Positions 58,018 through 64,000 of a DNA stretch of 64,000 nt are shown piece after piece. A program made the translations under genes and the position numbers. Position 1 is the first letter of the stretch. Every line of letters starts with the position of its first letter. Source of the DNA: a virus (lineage: Duplodnaviria > Caudoviricetes); IMG/VR virus record IMGVR_UViG_3300014205_000175, positions 64,001 through 128,000 of that record. One strand, given 5' to 3'. The notes below the pieces were generated by a model, which had not been told where the DNA came from, did no database searches, and saw nothing but the letters and a program-made list of their open reading frames with translations.

Positions 58018-59157
58018 ATGAATCGGCCTACCGTCAGCTATGCGGTACTCTCCGATGTCCATCTCGGGCATCGGAGGAATCCGTCTACAGCCATCATCGA
58101 AAATCTCAAGAAAGTACTGGGTCAACTTACCAGCCAGCGTTTAGATGTATTGTTTATCGCAGGTGATTTGTTTGATCGATTGCTTGACAACTCGATGCCG
58201 GATAAACGCGACATCAACCTATGGATTTACTGGTTGTTAAAGTACTGTCATCTTCATCACGTGAAATTGAGGGTTTTAGAGGGCACTCCTAGTCACGATT
58301 GGAAGCAATCCACCAACATCGACATTATTCGGCAGATCTCAGGACTGGAGCTCGATTATGCATATGTACCGGCATTACACATCGAGCATCTCAGTGACTT
58401 GGGTTTATATGTGTTGTATGTGCCTGATGAATGGAACGAAACGACCACTGAAACTTTTCAACAGGTTCAGTCGCTGATGGCTGAAGCCGGCATCAGTCAA
58501 GTTGACATCGCCATCATGCACGGGCAGTTTAACTATCAGATCCGTCAAGCCCCTGCGAGCATTCCGCGACATCAGGAGGATGATTATCTTGGCATCGTCA
58601 GGCATTACATTCACATAGGCCATGTGCATACTCACACGGTCAATGAACGCATTATTGCACAAGGCTCGTTCGATCGCCTATCGCACGGCGAAGAAGAGCC
58701 TAAAGGTCTAGTGTGGGCTGAGGTACGATCAGACGGTACGCGACAATATCACTTCATTGAAAATACTGAAGCGATGATCTTCAAAACTGTGCAGTTAAAA
58801 GGTGAAGACATCCAGGATATCATGGCGTATCTTGATAAACGCATTCTTAAATATCGTCCTGGTAGTTTCATCAGACTCAAAGGACGCAAAGATCATCCGG
58901 GCTTTAGCTACTACGAGGAGCTCAAGAAACGTTATGCACTATACAGTCTTACCAAACAAGGCGAAGAGTTAGAAACAACTCAGGTAGTAGATATCGGTGT
59001 GCTGAATGACTACCAGAGCTTTTCGATCACTACTGACAATGTACGAGGACTACTCAGCGATAACATCCGTGCCAGATATGAATTTCACGACCAGCACTGG
59101 ACCTATATGCATGGGGTGCTCGACGAAATATTGGGAGTAAAAGATGGATCTTCTTAA
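58018..59157 (+). CDS. sbcD: SbcD/Mre11-like metallophosphoesterase nuclease
   Basis: SDVHLG, AGDLFD, EGTPSHD, MHG, GHVH and QGSFDR motifs. Confidence 0.88.
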   Translation: MNRPTVSYAVLSDVHLGHRRNPSTAIIENLKKVLGQLTSQRLDVLFIAGDLFDRLLDNSMPDKRDINLWIYWLLKYCHLHHVKLRVLEGTPSHDWKQSTNIDIIRQISGLELDYAYVPALHIEHLSDLGLYVLYVPDEWNETTTETFQQVQSLMAEAGISQVDIAIMHGQFNYQIRQAPASIPRHQEDDYLGIVRHYIHIGHVHTHTVNERIIAQGSFDRLSHGEEEPKGLVWAEVRSDGTRQYHFIENTEAMIFKTVQLKGEDIQDIMAYLDKRILKYRPGSFIRLKGRKDHPGFSYYEELKKRYALYSLTKQGEELETTQVVDIGVLNDYQSFSITTDNVRGLLSDNIRARYEFHDQHWTYMHGVLDEILGVKDGSS

Positions 59158-60007
59158 TCAGCGCTCTATCTCAGCGTTGCCGGTTAGTATCGGCAGTTCT
59201 TTGGCATTCGAAACAGTACTGATGCCCAAGCTACCACCGTACGATCCAGCACGCGTTGCACCCGAGCGTGTTAATATCATGAATTATGATGAGATATGGA
59301 TCAACCTCCAAACTCTTTACCGTAACTTGGTAGGTGCGCTCCCAACCCAGCTCAAACCAATGGTGGCACAGGCAGACATCAAAGGGGCGCTCTATCAGGA
59401 GATGGAGATACTGCAAAGCGCCATCGCCGAAGAGTCTCAGCAGCAGTGCCGTGCTAGGTTTTACTATCCGACGTACAGCCGACTCATTAATAACCCGTTA
59501 CTGCCCAAGCAGGTTCGTTTCCGCGTACCTACCACCGATAACCAAAAATCCTACCACGAGCTACTTGTGCACGTGTATCAGCAGATGGTGCGCGAGCAGC
59601 AGTATGATCTACAGGTGATAGGCGGGCGTGTTCGGCCACAGAAACCTACCAAGGCACTGATCTTTACCCACACGCCTTATGATCTACTGAGCTATCCAGC
59701 ATTTAAAAAGCTAGAACTACTGGAGAGTCATACTGGTCACATTAAACCTCGCTCGCAGTGGTACACCAAGTACTACCCGGTAGGGGAGCACAAAATCGAC
59801 ATGTTGCCGTTTACCAGACCTCTACTACTGATCTTTGGCGACCATGCTCTCATCAAACCCATGGAGTACAACTATAGAAAACTAATCATCGATATCGCTA
59901 TCAAGAGGAATTGGACACCATTGACTACTGATAGCAAGATTTTGTACGACGTGGATTTGGATATCAAAGAACGTTACCTCGTCGAGCTTTTCCGAAAACT
60001 GGCTTGA
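59144..60007 (+). CDS. Conserved nucleus-block protein (phiKZ gp66-like)
   Basis: 287 aa; INLQTLYRN, THTPYDLL, LLESHTG; synteny. Confidence 0.55.
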   Translation: MDLLNQRSISALPVSIGSSLAFETVLMPKLPPYDPARVAPERVNIMNYDEIWINLQTLYRNLVGALPTQLKPMVAQADIKGALYQEMEILQSAIAEESQQQCRARFYYPTYSRLINNPLLPKQVRFRVPTTDNQKSYHELLVHVYQQMVREQQYDLQVIGGRVRPQKPTKALIFTHTPYDLLSYPAFKKLELLESHTGHIKPRSQWYTKYYPVGEHKIDMLPFTRPLLLIFGDHALIKPMEYNYRKLIIDIAIKRNWTPLTTDSKILYDVDLDIKERYLVELFRKLA

Positions 60008-60069
60008 CAGGGTAAAAAATATGCTCACGCAAAATCCAGTGAGCCCACCGAAAAACAAGGAGTTTCATA

Positions 60070-60699
60070 ATGAGTGCAGATCTTCGCGGACGGATTGTAG
60101 ATTTTGAAAAACTGATTCTCTTCACTGACTCGACTGAACCGGGTAAGCGTGCCCGTATGCAGTTCGGCGGACGTGATGGGAATTTTCGCATTACTGTTTT
60201 CACCGGCACTGGCAGTACTGCTAAAGAGGGGGTGATCCAATGTCCGCTCGACCCGATGAGCTTCGATAGCTTTCTCACGCTGTTCGAGAGCATCATCCGT
60301 GGTGAGTCGGGTAGCAAGAGCAAGATCACGGCCAAAACCCTCGTCTATGAGAATGACAAACCGACCGACCAGATGAAAGTCATGTCGGAACTGTGGTTCG
60401 GTAAGAACGCCGAAGGGATCGTCTGGATCGCGCTATCGGCACCGAGCTACCCGAAACTCACGTTCGAGTTCCGTGGCAGTCGCTTTGCCGAGTTCTATCA
60501 AAAAGACGGCACCCCGCTCTCCGATCAAGATCTCTCCAAGCTCACGGCAGGATCTTTCGTACGGGTGTTGCGTGACACCATGCCAGCTTACATTATGGCA
60601 CTGAGCGCCCAACCTCGCGTCGCTGGTGGTGCAGCAGGGGTGCCTAGTAAGCCCGCTGCTAAGCTTAACAACGATACCTTCGAAGATCTTTCGTACTGA
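60070..60699 (+). CDS. chmC: Probable nucleus-associated nucleic-acid-binding protein ChmC (phiKZ gp67-like)
   Basis: Directly upstream of the gp68-like gene; two beta-rich modules, low-complexity linker and acidic/aromatic tail (DTFEDLSY). Assignment mainly by synteny. Confidence 0.5.
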   Translation: MSADLRGRIVDFEKLILFTDSTEPGKRARMQFGGRDGNFRITVFTGTGSTAKEGVIQCPLDPMSFDSFLTLFESIIRGESGSKSKITAKTLVYENDKPTDQMKVMSELWFGKNAEGIVWIALSAPSYPKLTFEFRGSRFAEFYQKDGTPLSDQDLSKLTAGSFVRVLRDTMPAYIMALSAQPRVAGGAAGVPSKPAAKLNNDTFEDLSY

Positions 60700-60788
60700 C
60701 ATCACGTAGAACTACTCATCCTCAGGGCCACTGAGGATGAGTGCCGTTTTAAGCCTTAAGTTGCACGGATTGGAAAATAATAGAGTGC

Positions 60789-60803
60789 CATATATAGTAC
60801 GTG
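60789..60803 (+). promoter_or_regulatory. Early-promoter-like motif
   Basis: CATATATAGTACGTG after terminator 60713-60743. Confidence 0.7.
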
Positions 60804-60831
60804 AGCACCGCCAATAGCAAGGAGCACTATA

Positions 60832-62370
60832 GTGAAAATCGAAGTTCTCAACATCCAGCACATGACGGCTCCTCTAGAATTAAAGATTAGCCATCTGGAA
60901 GAGTCTGTATGTTTCAACGTTGCGTACTACGGTCGAAACGTTTTCAACAAAGACTACGATTTGTTCGAGCAGCTTAACAGCTACTGGTCAGGCCTGTCGG
61001 AGGAGCTCCAGCTATCGATCTATAACTGCTACCGCAGCATCAAAGCGACCTTCGAATCTTTCGGTAGTCGTGAAGCGATGATGTCCGATCTGAACAAATG
61101 GTCAGTGCAGCTGCTTAACTACCACGACTTCACACATCTGCGTAACTGGATCTTCTTTCGTTCCAACATCGCAGTGCCGTCGCGCTTTGAGGAGACTTTC
61201 GTTTATGACGTTGATCGACAAAACACCCCCGACCAGACGTATCTGAAGGGTGACTACATTGATCTCGTAACGATGACTCTGGTGTTTCGCACGATGATGC
61301 CGGTGTGGGGTGAGTATATCTCGATGATGCGTCAAGAGCATGGCACGCGTTTTAAAGAGTATGAAGCCTTTAACCTCATCTACGGTGCAGAGATCTGTCG
61401 TTCGCATGCGCACGAGAAGCTGATGATCTATATCGATCGCACGATTGCAGCTGATCGATACAACCAGACAGTGATCATCGATGGTATCTCTTCGGAGGAT
61501 TTCCCGACGTGGGTGTTAGCTCGCACGATCGTGCGACGACTCTTGATCTCTGACATCCGTGGCTTGGACCCCAAAGCCAATATCGTGACATTTACCCACA
61601 AGTACGTGTCCGAAGCAGCGCGCCCTGACGATAGTAGCGGTGAACAAAAGGTCAAAAATAAGACTACCGATGACTCGGGGATGGATCAGGAGAACAAACT
61701 CTCGTCATTCGAGCGTTACCGCGTCAGGCACTCGATAGCGATCGGAGAGTTGGTGGAGATCGAGCACTCGCTCTCCGATCTACGTTCGATCGCTTATCGC
61801 TTGTCGAGCAACATGAATGATGCGCTATTTTATCGCAGCATGGAAACCTGTGAACATCTGACCAAGCATCGTATTTCTGAGCCGCAGATCACACTGTTGC
61901 GCTGGGTATTTAAACCTGTCGTGAGTCCGCGAGGCTTGATGTACATCGATAACCACCGCATCATCAAATGTCTCGGAGTACTGCAAGCGGTACTGTGGGC
62001 ACGTGGTCACAAATATCTCTCACTGCTCTCGACGGCCTATGCTAATATCAGCGATAATAGCATGCTGGTATCAGGCAGTGATAGTAAAGCACGTATTCCC
62101 AAAGAGCTGATGGAAGAGCTCGATCAAACCTATCCTTATCAACGCATGTTTGGAGGCAAGAAGACCGGCTATAAGTCGCAAAACTTAGCCATTGAAGCAG
62201 TCGATAAGATCGTAACCGATCTGTCTGCAAATACATGGACGGCTACTGCTGACGATGGGTTGATTTCCGAAGTCCTAAACACTACTGCTCGGAAGCTACC
62301 CATCCCTTATGAAATCAAAGTGACATTAGCACAATTCGTTCTCGAAATTGGCCGTCGCACCTGGATCTAG
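60832..62370 (+). CDS. Non-virion RNAP sigma-like subunit (phiKZ gp68-like)
   Basis: 512 aa; DQTYLKGDY, MMPVWGEYI, VRRL motifs; synteny. Confidence 0.7.
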   Translation: MKIEVLNIQHMTAPLELKISHLEESVCFNVAYYGRNVFNKDYDLFEQLNSYWSGLSEELQLSIYNCYRSIKATFESFGSREAMMSDLNKWSVQLLNYHDFTHLRNWIFFRSNIAVPSRFEETFVYDVDRQNTPDQTYLKGDYIDLVTMTLVFRTMMPVWGEYISMMRQEHGTRFKEYEAFNLIYGAEICRSHAHEKLMIYIDRTIAADRYNQTVIIDGISSEDFPTWVLARTIVRRLLISDIRGLDPKANIVTFTHKYVSEAARPDDSSGEQKVKNKTTDDSGMDQENKLSSFERYRVRHSIAIGELVEIEHSLSDLRSIAYRLSSNMNDALFYRSMETCEHLTKHRISEPQITLLRWVFKPVVSPRGLMYIDNHRIIKCLGVLQAVLWARGHKYLSLLSTAYANISDNSMLVSGSDSKARIPKELMEELDQTYPYQRMFGGKKTGYKSQNLAIEAVDKIVTDLSANTWTATADDGLISEVLNTTARKLPIPYEIKVTLAQFVLEIGRRTWI

Positions 62371-62383
62371 GAGTTTACCTATC

Positions 62384-63874
62384 ATGTCATACAACTATGC
62401 ATCGAATGCCCTTAACAACCTGCAGATCAACCGCGTGCTGATGGTGGAGACGGGACGTTACAATCCTGTCTATAGTCGTCCGTACGAGACCAACATCTCT
62501 GGTGCGGTGATGAATAATCTTGTTGAGCGTATCGTTAATACCGGTGGCAAAAAAGTCACTGGTAGTTTGCTCAACGGGATCTCGGCAGAGATCGCAGCCC
62601 CTTCGGCAATCCCGCATCACGCTATTAATATCAGTGGCGGATGGGATGAGCGACGTATTCGCTTTATCATCGAGGTACAGTTCACTCTCTCGACTGGTGC
62701 TACCGGGTTTTACTACATCCAAGGTTATACCTCGCACGCTGGGGTGACACCAAATGGTGCTGTTGATCCGAATATGGAGTTTGTTATCAACTCTTATACA
62801 TCGGTCAATCGTATCCAGACGCTTACTCCGACAGGCTTGCAGTACATCGATCGTATCGAAGATACGGCACAGGTGTTCACTGGTATCGATGGGACATTGC
62901 AATCGCATTCAACCATGACCTACGGTCTGCGTCCTGAGGATGTCTTCAAAGGCATTCAGTCGAGTTTCTTGCAGGGTGGGGCTACGGTAGCTGGTTTTGG
63001 TGATGCGATCGATTTCCGTCCTAACCTCGGTTCCAAACCCAATCACAGTAAGCGAGCGAATAACATCCCGTCGCAGTACGTCGGCGAGATCGTTAACTCG
63101 TATCTGATCGGTCAGGACTTGTCGAGCTTTGGTCAGGGGCAAGAGGATATCATGTCCCGTACGCTGCATGTGACCATGGAACCGTCAGTAGCACAGAACT
63201 TCTTCTTCAATGTGCTCTCGCAAGTGCGCCATCAGCTCACCAACCGTTTCACATGGCGCGACCTGCAGCAGATCGATCCTAGTGTCGATGCCAAATCACA
63301 ATACATCACTCTCGGCTCGGCAACTAAGATGAGTCCCACGCCTGTGGCTGACCCGAGCATGACTGCTTACTGGTCGGGTTCGGATCGCATCACGCAAATG
63401 GCGAGCTTGCTCTCGGCAGCAGTACCGGGGTTGATGATGGCGTTCATGATCCAAAAAGTGCACTTTCGCTCTACCAATCATGACGCCACCGGGATGGTCA
63501 ACACCGTAGTTATCGATGTGAAGTCGATGGTTAATCTGGACATGCGGCGTAACGTTGAACTCTTTATCCACCAGCTCGAAACGGAGATCATTCGTGACAT
63601 CACAATGAATGGCCAGGATAGTTACATGCTCGATATGAGCTGCGATATCTTTGGTGACACGTGGATCAATCTTTCACTCGGAGCAGAACCTATGACGCAG
63701 TTTGTCGTGCCGAGTTTCTGCGATTCGTTGTATAGCCCTGTGGTTACCAACAACAGTGACCACTATAACCATATCGCTTTCGATTTCAATCAGCTCGTCA
63801 CTAACGTAGCCGAAGAAGTCAACAGTTATGGCTCACGCTACGAGAGTTCGATTCGGGTAGCCGCAGGCATCTAA
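62384..63874 (+). CDS. picA: Probable phage-nucleus protein import factor PicA/Imp1 (phiKZ gp69-like)
   Basis: Start MSYNY at 62384 (AGGAG); YSRPYET, GWDERR, LRPEDVF, PSFCDSLYSP; directly follows the gp68-like gene. Confidence 0.6.
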   Translation: MSYNYASNALNNLQINRVLMVETGRYNPVYSRPYETNISGAVMNNLVERIVNTGGKKVTGSLLNGISAEIAAPSAIPHHAINISGGWDERRIRFIIEVQFTLSTGATGFYYIQGYTSHAGVTPNGAVDPNMEFVINSYTSVNRIQTLTPTGLQYIDRIEDTAQVFTGIDGTLQSHSTMTYGLRPEDVFKGIQSSFLQGGATVAGFGDAIDFRPNLGSKPNHSKRANNIPSQYVGEIVNSYLIGQDLSSFGQGQEDIMSRTLHVTMEPSVAQNFFFNVLSQVRHQLTNRFTWRDLQQIDPSVDAKSQYITLGSATKMSPTPVADPSMTAYWSGSDRITQMASLLSAAVPGLMMAFMIQKVHFRSTNHDATGMVNTVVIDVKSMVNLDMRRNVELFIHQLETEIIRDITMNGQDSYMLDMSCDIFGDTWINLSLGAEPMTQFVVPSFCDSLYSPVVTNNSDHYNHIAFDFNQLVTNVAEEVNSYGSRYESSIRVAAGI

Positions 63875-63923
63875 ACATAATACCCTCCGTCATGTGACGG
63901 AGGGAGTTCAACAGGAGATTGCA

Positions 63924-64000
63924 ATGAGCAATAAGCTTTTGACATTGTATAAAGATTTGCTGAAATTTGCAGGTTGTGAAACTGACAAAGAGAACTACAT
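63924..64000 (+). CDS. Start of next core gene (phiKZ gp70-like by synteny); 3'-partial
   Basis: AGGAG + ATG, MSNKLLTLYKDLLKFAGC..., open to the window end. Confidence 0.5.
   Translation, partial: MSNKLLTLYKDLLKFAGCETDKENY

Noticed and set aside
1-64000. Genome-wide stop-codon reassignment
   Set aside because: Core genes are full length under the standard code, and TAA, TAG and TGA all terminate genes.
1-64000. tRNA or rRNA genes
   Set aside because: No cloverleaf or rRNA-like sequence was recognised by eye; a tRNAscan-SE run would be needed to exclude them formally.

Overview
This window is a 64-kb segment of a nucleus-forming, phiKZ-like jumbo phage (Chimalliviridae-type). It encodes a virion RNA polymerase beta-like subunit (partial), prohead protease, tail tube and sheath, three large virion proteins, terminase large subunit, PhuZ tubulin, a family-B DNA polymerase and two paralogous beta-propeller tail-fibre-like genes. 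The conserved nucleus block runs from chimallin through non-virion RNAP beta'-N, SbcD, a ChmC-like gene, the gp68-like nvRNAP subunit and a PicA/Imp1-like gene. Orthology to phiKZ gene numbers comes from remembered motifs and synteny, not database searches. Signals beyond the ORF track: (1) two related, ORF-less group I introns interrupt the nvRNAP gene, one inside the catalytic NAD|FDGD motif; (2) a 15-nt early-promoter-like motif (CATATATA-T---TG) occurs about 11 times; (3) a stem-loop with variable stems but a conserved C-ACT(A/C)NY-G hexaloop sits in 7 leaders of accessory genes; (4) an internally deleted IS200/IS605 tnpB element keeps its omegaRNA-like 3' end behind an early promoter; (5) a DfrB/R67-type dihydrofolate reductase homologue follows phuZ; (6) two expanded paralogue families of unknown function (5 AP2-like proteins and 5 proteins of about 400 aa).
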